Source: an uncultured Alphaproteobacteria bacterium | GTDB lineage: Bacteria; Pseudomonadota; Alphaproteobacteria; Micavibrionales; UBA2020 | Assembly: GCA_966211335.1 (NCBI GenBank) | Contig: CBIHNF010000001.1 | Coordinates: 1,242,847 to 1,306,846, forward strand | Reading direction: 5' to 3' | DNA length: 64,000 nucleotides | Shown: in pieces, positions 27,234 through 38,100 of the stretch | Position numbering within the stretch: position 1 is the first letter of the stretch | Layout of the letters: each line of letters begins with the position of its first letter | The notes under the pieces: model-generated | Told to the model about the DNA's origin: nothing | Database searches by the model: none | What the model saw: the letters and a program-made list of their open reading frames with translations, nothing else | Translations under genes and position numbers: made by a program

Positions 27234-29345
27234 TTATTCTTTCGCCTTCGTCACCGCTGCCGGCGTCTGGTTCATGTCGATGTTCCAGCCGAAGAGGCGG
27301 AATTCCGCGTGCCAGACTTCCGTATAGTGCGGGTCGATGTCCTGTTTGCTGAAGACGGTGATACGGTGGGCGGAGTTGCCCTTCGCCAGCGTGCTCGTCC
27401 AGGCATGCTTAATGGCGACGCCCGGCAAAATATAGCCGTAGCGGGGGGAGATATTGCAGGTCTTGTTGCGCTCCGTGCCCGCCTGAATCTCATGCGTGTC
27501 GTTTTCTTTTTCACGCAGGAAGCGGATATAGGCGGCAGGCGCGCCGGCTTGCGTCAGGCGGTATAAATGCGGCCCTGCGTCTTCCACCATGCTGCCCGGC
27601 GGGAAATGCCAAGACTGCTCGAAGTAATGCGCATCCTGCCCCTGCATCTGGTCGATGACAATCAGCGTCGAGGTTTTTTTCAGCCAGACGAGGACGCGAC
27701 GGTGCGTCACGGCAATGCGCTCGTAACTGTCATGCTGGGCGTCGAGGACGATGAATTCCTTTTCATCAAGCGCTTCGGTATGCCCGGGCTTCAGCTGGTA
27801 ATTCCAGTGGAAACGGCCGAGCGGCTCCGACTGGTTCAGCATATCAACTGCGACAGTGTTATGCGCAAAGGTGGAGCGCAGCGCGTTGCGGAAGCCGTTG
27901 TCGCCGGCAAAGCGGTAGGTACCGGCATCAGCCAGCACGGGGCGACCGTCGAAGAACAGCAGGATACTCAAGAGGTCGGCGTGGTTGTGGCCGGACTCCG
28001 GCGCAGGGTCCGGGTTGTTTTTGAAAAGAACAAAATCCTTATCGCGGCGAATGATGTTGATGCAGCTTTCATGGAAAGAGGCGAGGGCAGGGAAGTCTTC
28101 CGGGTAGGAGGCCAGCAGGCGGTAATCCTCCCCGCCTTTTTCACCGAGCAGCAGATGGGCATAGAGCGGCCAGGTACTTTGCGAGGCCGCCTTGAAATCG
28201 GGGCGCTCGTATAGGACGGCCATGGTGGCGGCAATACCCTCTATGCGGTCCTCGGTTGAAAGCTCCAGCGGCATCAGCACGCCGCCGTCATTGTCGTTGA
28301 TGTTCGGCAGTTCGCCGTCCGGCTGACGCGACAAGCGCAGGACATTCACCATGGATTGCAGCAGCGCATAGGCCTTGGCGGGCATGGGGCGCTTCTGGCG
28401 GCGCATTTCGCTGAACAGCAGCAACAGGCATTCCACCGCCAGCAGGTGATAGCCGAAGGACGCTTCGAAGTGCATGCCGTCCGGATAGATCTGGTCATCC
28501 AGCGTCGACCACAGGCTGGCAAGCCCACGCTTGATCCACTTTTCGCTGTCGGCCCACTGCGGGTTGCACAAGGCAAGCCATGCAAGGGTTGAGGCCTCGA
28601 CGATCAGCCGGTGGTTGCGGTGGCCGCCTTCCGCATAGGAAAGGTATTCGGCAAGGTGGCGCGCATGCGCCAGCAGGTTGCGATGAAGACGGCTTTGCGT
28701 TGCCATGTCATAGCCGTCGTTGCCGCGCAGCAGGCGGCTTGCAAACAGCCAAGCTGTCGCGCGGATGCCTATGTCGATGCCGTGCAAATAATTGATGCCC
28801 ATCTCAGGCTTGTTCTGGTCGCACCAGCTGTTGAGCAGGGCGCAAAAGGCGCGCGCGTATTTCGCGTCACCCGTCTGAACGGCGGCAAGGGCGAGCGTGA
28901 CGAGAGAGCGGTGACGGTTCAATTCGCGGCACGGGCGGGTGTCGACATTTTCCGGCAGCTCCAAAGCGATTTTCGCCCAGCCCACCGTGCCATCGCCAAA
29001 GCCGCAGTGCCAGTCGATGGCGCCGGCAAATTTAAAATCAGTATCCAGCAGCGGGAAGTGCCGCAGGCAGGCTTCCTCTGCCGCGTCTTTCACGCCCGCG
29101 GGGATCAGCTTTTTCGGCACGGATTTCCACGGCAGACCGGCGTCGTTCTGGTGCTCCAGAAAATCTGCCATGGTATCGAAAGCGCCGGGGAGGAGGGCTT
29201 TCAGGAAGTCATTTTCCGAAGGCTCGGCGGCCGGCAGTTTCGTGAAGGCACCGACGGCGTTCGCCGCAACCGACATAAGCCTATTGCCCGCGGAAGGTTC
29301 TTCCCCGGCCAGCAGGTCATTATATAAAGACTGAAAACTGTTCAT
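27234..29345 (-). CDS. Heparinase II/III-like family protein
   Basis: About 703 aa. SGHNHADLLSILLF matches the GHxHxDxLS signature of the family's C-terminal domain. The start at 29345 (MNSFQSLYN) is preferred over 29435. Confidence 0.7.
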   Translation of the reverse strand: MNSFQSLYNDLLAGEEPSAGNRLMSVAANAVGAFTKLPAAEPSENDFLKALLPGAFDTMADFLEHQNDAGLPWKSVPKKLIPAGVKDAAEEACLRHFPLLDTDFKFAGAIDWHCGFGDGTVGWAKIALELPENVDTRPCRELNRHRSLVTLALAAVQTGDAKYARAFCALLNSWCDQNKPEMGINYLHGIDIGIRATAWLFASRLLRGNDGYDMATQSRLHRNLLAHARHLAEYLSYAEGGHRNHRLIVEASTLAWLALCNPQWADSEKWIKRGLASLWSTLDDQIYPDGMHFEASFGYHLLAVECLLLLFSEMRRQKRPMPAKAYALLQSMVNVLRLSRQPDGELPNINDNDGGVLMPLELSTEDRIEGIAATMAVLYERPDFKAASQSTWPLYAHLLLGEKGGEDYRLLASYPEDFPALASFHESCINIIRRDKDFVLFKNNPDPAPESGHNHADLLSILLFFDGRPVLADAGTYRFAGDNGFRNALRSTFAHNTVAVDMLNQSEPLGRFHWNYQLKPGHTEALDEKEFIVLDAQHDSYERIAVTHRRVLVWLKKTSTLIVIDQMQGQDAHYFEQSWHFPPGSMVEDAGPHLYRLTQAGAPAAYIRFLREKENDTHEIQAGTERNKTCNISPRYGYILPGVAIKHAWTSTLAKGNSAHRITVFSKQDIDPHYTEVWHAEFRLFGWNIDMNQTPAAVTKAKE

Positions 29346-29559
29346 CCTGCGCCAGAGTATGCCGCAAAATCCCCCTCGGGGGAAATATTTTGCTGCGCTG
29401 CTTCGCCCACAAAAACCTGCAAAAACAGCTTGCATGGCGGGCCATAAAAGATTATTAATTATGGCAATAATTTAAGGGTGCGCCAGCCTTGACAAAAGAG
29501 GTGCCCGCACCCATTTTCAACTCGCGCAAAGCACCATCTTCAAGAAAGGTATTACTTCC

Positions 29560-30105
29560 ATGCTGACAATCGGCCAGAAATTTCCCCAATTCAAACTCAC
29601 CGGCGTCGTTTCCTCCGAACAGAAAACGGCCTTCAAAGACATCACCAACGAAACGTACAAGGGCAAATGGCTCGTCGTTTTCGCCTGGCCGAAAGACTTC
29701 ACCTTTGTCTGCCCGACCGAAATTTCGGCCTTCGGCAAAATGAACAAGGATTTCGCGGACCGCGATGCGCAGGTTCTCGGCATGTCGACCGACAACGAGT
29801 TCGTTCACCTCGCCTGGCGCCAGAACCACAAAGACCTGAACGCCCTGCCGTTCCCCATGCTGTCCGACATCAAGCGCGACCTTTCCACCGCGCTCGGCAT
29901 CATCAATGAAGAAGCGGGCGTCTGCAACCGCGCGACCTTCATCGTCGATCCTAACGGTGTCATCCGCCATGTGTCGGTCAACGACCTGAACGTCGGCCGC
30001 AATGTGAACGAAGTCCTGCGCGTCCTCGATGCGCTGCAGACCGACGAGCTGTGCCAGTGCAACTGGACCAAGGGCGACGAAACACTGACCAAAAAAGCGG
30101 CGTAA
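29560..30105 (+). CDS. ahpC: Typical 2-Cys peroxiredoxin (AhpC/Prx1 type)
   Basis: Peroxidatic Cys motif DFTFVCPTE. C-terminal resolving-Cys region DELCQCNW. Confidence 0.88.
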   Translation: MLTIGQKFPQFKLTGVVSSEQKTAFKDITNETYKGKWLVVFAWPKDFTFVCPTEISAFGKMNKDFADRDAQVLGMSTDNEFVHLAWRQNHKDLNALPFPMLSDIKRDLSTALGIINEEAGVCNRATFIVDPNGVIRHVSVNDLNVGRNVNEVLRVLDALQTDELCQCNWTKGDETLTKKAA

Positions 30106-30124
30106 CTTTTACGCTGATAAATTG

Positions 30125-30157
30125 AAAAAGCCCGGGGTGTTGCCCCGGGCTTTTTTT
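30125..30157 (+). terminator. Rho-independent terminator after the peroxiredoxin gene
   Basis: GCCCGGGG (30130-30137), loop TGTTG, CCCCGGGC (30143-30150), then T7. Confidence 0.85.
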
Positions 30158-30302
30158 ATATTTTTTCGCTGCAACGCAGCATGATTTCCGTTTATGGCAA
30201 CATGAATACGCGATAAATAGCGCGCAATTTAACCCTTTTCACACGTCCGGCGGCGTATGATAGTGAAGCATTCAACGCCACCCGAAAGCATAAGGTTTCA
30301 TC

Positions 30303-33300
30303 ATGGCCAAGCAGCCGCAAAAAGACCGCCTCATCGAAAACGCTCTCATCGCATCGCGCGAAGGTAGGAAGGCGCTCAGCCGCGAAAACCAGCTGCTGCA
30401 TGAATTCCTCGGCGCGTTTTACCAGCAGGTGCCAGCCGATGATTTGTCGGGCTGGAAGGCGGAGGATCTTTCCCGCGTCGCCGCCGCCATGTGCGAGATG
30501 GGGGCGGAGCGCAAAGCCGGGCAGTTGAAAGTCCGCGTTTTCAATCCGGAACAGAAACGCGACGGCTGGCACATCCCGCATACGGTCGTGCAGATCGTCA
30601 ACGATGACATGCCCTTTATCATCGACACCATTTCATCCGAAATGAATACGCACGGCTTCAATATCGACGTTCTTTTTCACCCGATCCTCAGCGTGAAGCG
30701 CGACGGACAGAAGCTGACGGGCGTACAGCCGGGCCGCGTGGCGGATGCCGCGCTGGTCGAAAGCTTCGTCTACATCCAGTTGGAGCAGATGCTGACGACG
30801 GATGCCTGCCGCAAGCTTGAAGCCTCCCTGCAAAGCACGCTCGCCGATGTGCGCGCCGCGACCAATGACTGGCGGAAAATGCTGGTGAAGATTGACGATG
30901 TGGCGCAATTTGGCGCCGGTTTTGCCAAGGCGTATGACAAGGACGACCTCAAGGAGGGGCAAGACTTCCTCAGCTACGTGAAAAACAATAACTTCACGCT
31001 GCTCGGCTATCGTGAATACAAATTCAGTGGCACCGGCGACAAAGCGTCGTCCGCCGCCGTTACCGGCTCTGACCTGGGCGTCCTTAAAAATGACGTGAAA
31101 CTCAACTTCGGCGTTGGAACAGCTTCGCCGGAAATCGAAGCGCTGCGCATCGCGCGCTGGCCCGTGATGATTTCGAAGCTGGTGGATACCTACTCCACCG
31201 TTCACCGCCGCGTGCCGATGGATGCCATCAGCGTAAAAATCATTGACGCCGACGGCAAGTTCGCCGGCATGCATCTTTTTGTCGGGTTGTTCACCTCCAG
31301 CACCTATTCCTGCCGCACCAGCGAAATACCCATGGTGCGCCAGAAAGTGGCGGAGACGGTTGAACGCGCAGGCTTTATCCGCGGCACGCATGACTACAAG
31401 GCGCTCGAACACATCCTCGAAAAAATGCCCCGCGATGAGCTGTTTCAGGTGACGTCGGAAGAACTGTCCGGCCTTGCGCTTGGCATCCTGCGTCTGCAGG
31501 TCAAGCAGCGTGTCGCGCTCTTTACGCATATGGATCCCATGGGGCAGCATATGTCCTGCCTTATCTATGTCCCGCGGGAGCGCTACAACACCAGCTTCCG
31601 CCAGCAGGCCGCCCGCATCCTTGAAGCAGGGCTGCAGGGCAAGGTCACAAACTATTTTACGACGCTGGATGACAGTCTTCTCGCTCGCGTACTATTCACC
31701 GTGCGCGTTGAAAACCGTGCGAATAATTTTAACCACGCCGCCATCGAAGCTCAGCTGATTGACCTGTCGAAAGAATGGGACGAAAGACTTAAAAAAGTTC
31801 TCGTCGACGTCTACGGCAAAATCAAGGGTGCGGAACTCGTGGCCATTTATGGCCGTGCCTTTACGACGGCCTACCATGAGTCCATGTTTATCGGCAACAC
31901 GGTGCACGACATCCGCCATCTTGAAACGATGGTTCACAATGATGTCAAAAACGACATTCGTGTCGAGTTTTATAAATTGCACAATGCTGCGCCGGGTGAA
32001 TTCCGCCTGAAGGTTTACCATGAATCGGTGCCTGTGCCGCTGTCGGACATTCTGCCGGTGCTCGACAACATGGGGTTCCGCTCCATGTCGGAAATGCCCT
32101 ATGAAGTCCGGCCGCAAGGCTTTGACACCGTCATCTGGATCCACGATTTCCAGCTGAAGGGCGCGCAGGATGTTGACATCGAAAAAGTCAAAGAAAACCT
32201 CGAGGAAACTTTCCTCCAGGTCTGGCGCGGCCGCGCGGAAAACGACGGGCTGAACAAGCTCGTTCTCCGCGCCAATCTCAACTGGCGCGAAGTGATGATG
32301 CTGCGCACCTACAGCGGTTACATGCGCCAGGCGCGTCTGCCGTATAGCCTTGTCTATGTGGAGCAGGTATTGAGTACCTATCCGCATATCGCCCGCGAAC
32401 TCGTCGAAATGTTCAAGGTGTTGCATGACCCGAAAGCCGCCGCAAAATCGGCGGAAAAAGGCCGCCTTGCCGCCGAAAAAATTATCGAGATGCTGCAGCA
32501 GGTGCAAAAGCTTGACCATGACCGCATCCTGCGCAGCTTCAAGACGCTGATCGAAAAAACCCTGCGCACCAGCTACTTCCAGACGGACAGCCTCGGCCAG
32601 CCGAAAAACCTGCTGGCGCTGAAGCTTGACAGCAAAAATATCGCCGAGCTGCCCCTGCCGCGCCCGCATGTGGAAATCTACGTGTATTCCACGCGCGTCG
32701 AGGCTATTCACCTCCGCGGCGGGGAAATCGCCCGGGGCGGCATCCGCTGGTCGGATCGCCTTGAAGATTACCGCACCGAAGTCCTCAGCCTGATGAAATC
32801 GCAGCAGGTCAAGAACACCGTTATCGTGCCGGTCGGTGCCAAGGGCGGCTTCGTCGTCAAGCAGCCGCCGCAGACAGGCGGGCGCGAGGCGTATCAGAAC
32901 GAAGGCATCGAATGCTATAAAATTTTCGTGCAGGCCATGCTCGACCTCACCGACAACAACGTGAAGGGCAAGATCGTCCGGCCGAAAGACGTCGTCTGCC
33001 ATGACGGTGTTGATCCCTACCTTGTCGTGGCGGCAGATAAGGGCACGGCGACTTTCTCCAACATCGCCAACGCGCTTTCCGTGGCGCACGGCTTCTGGCT
33101 CGGCGATGCTTTCGCCTCCGGCGGCTCGACAGGCTATGACCACAAGGAAATCGCCATCACCGCCCGCGGCGGCTGGGAATCAGTCAAGCGGCACTTCCGT
33201 GAGATGGGCAAGGATATCCAGAAGGAGCCCTTCACCCTCGTCGGCGTCGGCGATATGGCGGGTGACGTCTTTGGCAACGCCATGCTGCTTTCGAAACAGA

Positions 33301-35132
33301 TGAAGCTCATCGGCGCCTTTAACCACGTGCATATCTTCTGCGACCCGAACCCTGATATCGCCGCCAGCTTTGCAGAGCGGGCGCGCATGTTCAAGGCGCG
33401 CCTCGGCTGGGACGGCTACGACAAGTCGAAGATTTCGACGGGTGGCGGCGTGTTCGAACGCTCGGCGAAGACGATTAAAGTGTCGCCGCAAATGAAAAAG
33501 GCCTTCGAGATTGATGCCGACAGCGTGACGCCGGATGAACTTATCCGCGCCATCCTGAAAGCTCAGGTCGAACTGCTGTGGTTTGGCGGCATCGGCACCT
33601 TTATCAAGTCCTCCCGCCAGAGCAATGCCGAAGCGGATGACAAGACCAACGACAACCTGCGCATCGACGGCCGTGAAATCCGCGCCAAGGTGGTGGGCGA
33701 GGGGGCTAACCTTGGCACCACGCAGCTCTCACGTGTCGAATACGCCCGCAATGGCGGCCGCATCAATACCGATTTTATTGATAACTCCGGCGGCGTTGAC
33801 TGTTCTGACCACGAAGTCAACATCAAGATCCTGCTCAGCGATGTGATGGCGAAGGGCAAACTGACCCTCGAGCAGCGCAACAAGCTGATGAAGGACATGA
33901 CCGACGAAGTCTCCGAGCTGGTGCTGAAGGACAACTATCAGCAAACGCAAAGCCTTTCGCTGCAGGAATATCTCGCGCCGGGCCACCTTGGCCTGCATGC
34001 GGATCTGATCCGCTCGCTCGAAAAATCGGGGCTTATCAAGCGGAGCCTGGAAGGCCTGCCGGATGACGAGGCGCTCAACCGCCTCTCCAAAGAGCGCGCA
34101 GGACTTACACGGCCGGAGCTCTGCATCCTGACGTCCTATGCTAAAATCGATATCTATAACGAAATCCTGAAATCGACCATCCCTGATGACCCGATGATGG
34201 AAACGCAGCTGTTTGATTACTTCCCGAAAGCGCTGCATAAGTACGCGGCGGAAATTAAAACCCACAAGCTGCGCCGTGAAATTATCGCAACACAGATCGT
34301 GAATATCCTCGTCAACCGCATGGGCCCTGTCTTCGTGCAGTCGCGCATGTCCAAAACCGGCGCGCCGGCGGCGGAGGTGATCAAGGCGTTCATGATTGTC
34401 GTCGCGGCCTATGGCCTGCCAGAACTCTGGAAGGCGATCGAGGTGCTCGACAACAAGGTGCCTGCACAGGTGCAGATTTCCGCGCTCAACGAAGTCTTCC
34501 AGGTCGCAAAGCGTACCATCACCTGGTACCTGCGCTTCGGCGGCAATAACCTCAACGTCGCCGCCGAGATCGAGGACTTCAAACCCGGCATCGACCTGCT
34601 CAAGAAGTCAATCGCCACCATGGCGCCGCAGGATGTGAAGAACGGCGTGATCGAGGCGGAACAATCGCTTACCAAGGCCGGCATGCCGGAACCTCTGGCG
34701 GCGGAAATTTCCACCATCAAGCTGCTGGCGGTCGCGAGCGACATCATCAGCCTCACCCGCAAAACCAATGGCGATATCAAGTCGATTGCTTCCGCCTACT
34801 TTAATGTCGGCGAGCGTCTTGGCCTTGACTGGCTGCGGCGTCAGGTGGCGGCAATCTTGCCTGCCAATTCCTGGCAGGCGCGTGTCATGGGCGGGCTGAC
34901 GGATGATTTCTACATCCACCAGGCGGCGCTCACCGCGGCGCTCATCGGCACCGTCAAGAAGGGCGGCAAGCTCGACAAGGCGCTGCTGGATGGCTGGTTC
35001 ACGGTCAACCGCGACCGCACCGAGAAAATCATGCAACTGGTGAACGAGCTGAAAACGCAGCCGAAGGTTGATTTGGAAATGCTTGTCCTCGTCAGCCAGC
35101 GTATCGGCCAGCTGGTGCATCAGGCGAAGTAA
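30303..35132 (+). CDS. gdhB: Large NAD-specific glutamate dehydrogenase (Bac_GDH family, 1609 aa)
   Basis: Length and the catalytic core ARGGIRWSDRLEDYRTEVLSLMKSQQVKNTVIVPVGAKGGFV are typical of the 180-kDa class. Confidence 0.92.
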   Translation: MAKQPQKDRLIENALIASREGRKALSRENQLLHEFLGAFYQQVPADDLSGWKAEDLSRVAAAMCEMGAERKAGQLKVRVFNPEQKRDGWHIPHTVVQIVNDDMPFIIDTISSEMNTHGFNIDVLFHPILSVKRDGQKLTGVQPGRVADAALVESFVYIQLEQMLTTDACRKLEASLQSTLADVRAATNDWRKMLVKIDDVAQFGAGFAKAYDKDDLKEGQDFLSYVKNNNFTLLGYREYKFSGTGDKASSAAVTGSDLGVLKNDVKLNFGVGTASPEIEALRIARWPVMISKLVDTYSTVHRRVPMDAISVKIIDADGKFAGMHLFVGLFTSSTYSCRTSEIPMVRQKVAETVERAGFIRGTHDYKALEHILEKMPRDELFQVTSEELSGLALGILRLQVKQRVALFTHMDPMGQHMSCLIYVPRERYNTSFRQQAARILEAGLQGKVTNYFTTLDDSLLARVLFTVRVENRANNFNHAAIEAQLIDLSKEWDERLKKVLVDVYGKIKGAELVAIYGRAFTTAYHESMFIGNTVHDIRHLETMVHNDVKNDIRVEFYKLHNAAPGEFRLKVYHESVPVPLSDILPVLDNMGFRSMSEMPYEVRPQGFDTVIWIHDFQLKGAQDVDIEKVKENLEETFLQVWRGRAENDGLNKLVLRANLNWREVMMLRTYSGYMRQARLPYSLVYVEQVLSTYPHIARELVEMFKVLHDPKAAAKSAEKGRLAAEKIIEMLQQVQKLDHDRILRSFKTLIEKTLRTSYFQTDSLGQPKNLLALKLDSKNIAELPLPRPHVEIYVYSTRVEAIHLRGGEIARGGIRWSDRLEDYRTEVLSLMKSQQVKNTVIVPVGAKGGFVVKQPPQTGGREAYQNEGIECYKIFVQAMLDLTDNNVKGKIVRPKDVVCHDGVDPYLVVAADKGTATFSNIANALSVAHGFWLGDAFASGGSTGYDHKEIAITARGGWESVKRHFREMGKDIQKEPFTLVGVGDMAGDVFGNAMLLSKQMKLIGAFNHVHIFCDPNPDIAASFAERARMFKARLGWDGYDKSKISTGGGVFERSAKTIKVSPQMKKAFEIDADSVTPDELIRAILKAQVELLWFGGIGTFIKSSRQSNAEADDKTNDNLRIDGREIRAKVVGEGANLGTTQLSRVEYARNGGRINTDFIDNSGGVDCSDHEVNIKILLSDVMAKGKLTLEQRNKLMKDMTDEVSELVLKDNYQQTQSLSLQEYLAPGHLGLHADLIRSLEKSGLIKRSLEGLPDDEALNRLSKERAGLTRPELCILTSYAKIDIYNEILKSTIPDDPMMETQLFDYFPKALHKYAAEIKTHKLRREIIATQIVNILVNRMGPVFVQSRMSKTGAPAAEVIKAFMIVVAAYGLPELWKAIEVLDNKVPAQVQISALNEVFQVAKRTITWYLRFGGNNLNVAAEIEDFKPGIDLLKKSIATMAPQDVKNGVIEAEQSLTKAGMPEPLAAEISTIKLLAVASDIISLTRKTNGDIKSIASAYFNVGERLGLDWLRRQVAAILPANSWQARVMGGLTDDFYIHQAALTAALIGTVKKGGKLDKALLDGWFTVNRDRTEKIMQLVNELKTQPKVDLEMLVLVSQRIGQLVHQAK

Positions 35133-35143
35133 AGTGAGCTGTT

Positions 35144-35177
35144 AAAAAGCCCGCCGGTAAAACGGCGGGCTTTTTTT
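35144..35177. terminator. Bidirectional terminator shared by gdh (+) and the RND gene (-)
   Basis: GCCCGCCG (35149-35156), loop GTAAAA, CGGCGGGC (35163-35170), flanked by A5 and T7. The T-run overlaps the RND stop codon at 35176-35178. Confidence 0.8.
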
Positions 35178-38100
35178 ATTCTTCTTTTACGTACTGTTTC
35201 GCCAGCAAGCTATAGACGACGGGCACGACGAAGAGGGTGAAAAAGGTGCCTATCGTCATGCCGCCAATGATGACCCAGCCGATCTGCTGGCGGCTTTCCG
35301 CGCCCGCGCCGCCCGCCAGGGCGAGCGGCAGCGCGCCCAGGACCATGGCGCCCGTGGTCATGAGAATGGGGCGGAGGCGCAGCGCGGCGGATTTCTTGAC
35401 CGCTTCCATTTTCGGCAGCCCTTCAATCTCCTGCTGCTGGTTGGCGAATTCAACAATCAGAATGCCGTGCTTGGTGATCAGGCCGATAAGGGTGACAAGG
35501 CCGATTTCGGAATAGATATTCAGCGTGCCGCCCGTCAGGTACAGCGCCAGCAAGGCGCCTGCGATGGACAGCGGCACCGACAGCATGATGATGAAGGGCG
35601 TGACAAAGCTTTCAAACTGCGCCGAAAGTACGAGGAAGATAAAGGCGAGGGCGAGAGCGAAGGTCGTCGCAATGCTGGAGCTGGAGCTTAAAAATTCACG
35701 CGATTCACCGTTGTAGTCGATGATGAAACCGGGCGGCAAAACTGCATGCGCACGGTCAACGACATGCTGCAGCACCTCGCCCAGTGAATAGCCGGGCGCA
35801 ACGCTTGCCGAAAGTTCCGCCGCGCGCAGCTGGTTGAAGTGGTTAAGGGCGGTGGGCGCGACAGTCTCCGTCACATCCAGCAGGTTGTTCAATTTCACCA
35901 TGTCGCCCTTGTTGGTGCGCACGTAAATATCCGTCAGGTCCTGCGGCTTGGTGCGTTCGGCGTCCGTCATTTGTACGATAACATCATATTGCTCGCCGCG
36001 GTCTTTGTAGCGCGTGACCTGACGGCCGCCGAGCATGGTTTCGAGCGTGCGGCCGACAACGTCAACATCCGCATCTACCGCCGCGGTCTTGTCGCGGTCA
36101 AGGTGGACGGTCAGCTGCGGCTTGTTCATTTTAAGGTCGGTATCAACGTTGGCGATACCGGGATAATCCGCAAGGTCTTGAACAAGCTTCTGCATCACGG
36201 GATCAAGCTCGGCATAGGTGCCGCTGGTGAGAATATCCACCTGAATGGGCTTCGAGCGCGCGCTGGCGCCAAGCGACGGGGGGTTGATGGGGAAGGCGGA
36301 AACGCCGGCGGTGGCCGCGACGATTTTGGGGGCGAGTTCCTTGACGATATCCTGCTGCTTGCGCTTCCGGTTTTCCCAAGGCGTCATACGGCCGAAGGCG
36401 ATGCCCTGGCTGACGGTGGGGGAGCCGGCGACGACGAAGGTTTTGTCGACCTCGGGATATTGCTTGAAGATCGGCTCCAGCGCGCGCATCCATTTTTCGG
36501 TATAGCCGATGGTCGAGCCTTCGGGTGCGGTGACGTTGACGACGATATTGCCGCGGTCTTCGATGGGGGCGAGCTCCGATTTCAGCTGCGTCAGCAGCAG
36601 GATGTTTGCCGCCGCAACCGCTAGGCCGATAACGATAATGCCCAGGCGCCAGCCAAGGGCAAGCCCCAGCAGCCGCTGATAGCCGGCGGATATCTTGTCA
36701 AAAAATGCCTCGATGATGTTGAAGAGGCGGCCGTGCGAGGTTTCATGCTTCAAAATGCGCGAGGCCAGCATAGGCGTGAGCGTGAGGGCGATAAAGCCTG
36801 AAATCAAAACTGCGCCGGCAAGGGTGAGCGCAAATTCAACAAACAGCTTGCCGGTCTTGCCTTGCGTAAACGCCATTGGCGCATAGACGGCGGCAAGGGT
36901 GATTGTCATGGCGATCACCGCAAAGCCGATCTCCGTGCCGCCTTGTATTGCGGCGGCGCGCGGTTTCTTGCCTTCCTCGATATGGCGGAAGATGTTTTCC
37001 AGGACGACGATGGCATCGTCAACGACGAGGCCGATGGCGAGGACGAAAGCGAGCAGCGTCAGAGTATTGATCGTGTAATTGAGGATGTACATGATAAAGA
37101 ACACGCCGATCATCGAAATGGGGATTGTCAGCAAAGGGATCAGCGTCGAGCGCACCGAGCGCAGGAAGAAGAAGATAACCAGTAGGACAAGGACGATCGC
37201 TTCGAAGATTGTTTCATACACCGCCTTGATGGAACGGTCGATAAAGACGGAGGTATCGTTGGCAATGGAAATCTTCATGCCCTCCGGCAGGCTGCGGGTG
37301 ATATCCGGCAGCATTTTCTGGATGGCTTTGGAAACCTCAAGAGGGTTGGCAGTCGACTGCTTGATGATGCCGAGGGCCACGGCGTTTTCACCGTTGAAGC
37401 GCACAACGCGGCGCTCGTCTTCCGGCGCGACCTGCGCAAAGCCGACGTCATGCAGGCGCAGGAAGGTTGCACCATCGCGCTTTAAAATCAGGTTGTCGAA
37501 CTGTTCGGGGGTGCGCAGGTCGGTTTCCGAGAGGACGGTAAATTCGCGCTGGTTACTTTCAATGCGGCCCGCGGGAATTTCAACGTTCTGGCTGCGAAGG
37601 GCGGTTTCAATATCGGCGGGCGTCAGCTTGGCAGCGGCAAGTTTCTGCGGGTCAAGCCAGACGCGCATCGACTGGCGGCGTTCACCGAGAATAACTGCCT
37701 GCGCCACGCCGTTGACGTTTTGCAGCCGGTCTTTCACGTAGCGGTCAGCGTAATCGGTAATTTCCATCGCGGAAGCGCGGTCGCTGGTGAAGGCGAGGTA
37801 GATGATAGGCTGGGCGTCAGCCTCGACCTTCGCAATCACGGGGTCGTCGACTTCATCGGGCAGGCTTTTGCGCACGCGGGCCGCGCGGTCGCGCACATCG
37901 TTCGCGGCGTCATCGGAATCGCGGGAAATTTTAAAGCGGAGCGTAATCTGGCTTTGCTCTTGGCGGCTGATAGAGGACATGACCTCGATCCCCTCGATCC
38001 CGGCGAGGGATTCTTCGAGGATTTTTGTCACCTGCGTTTCCATGATCTCGGCGCTGGCACCAAGATAGGTCGTGGAAATGGTGACGACGGGCTCGTCGAT

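Noticed and set aside
29489-29517. TTGACA at 29489 as a -35 box for the peroxiredoxin gene, and a nearby AT-rich inverted repeat (CCATAA...TTATGG, 29443-29465) as a possible PerR/OxyR site
   Set aside because: The best -10 at the correct spacing is CATTTT (3 of 6 matches). The inverted repeat has only 6-bp arms and does not match a consensus I can state with confidence.
30633-33143. Antisense ORFs of 305 aa (30633-31550) and 483 aa (31692-33143) inside the NAD-glutamate dehydrogenase gene
   Set aside because: They have the same shadow-frame composition and lie wholly inside a confidently identified 1609-aa gene. They have no SD or start context.
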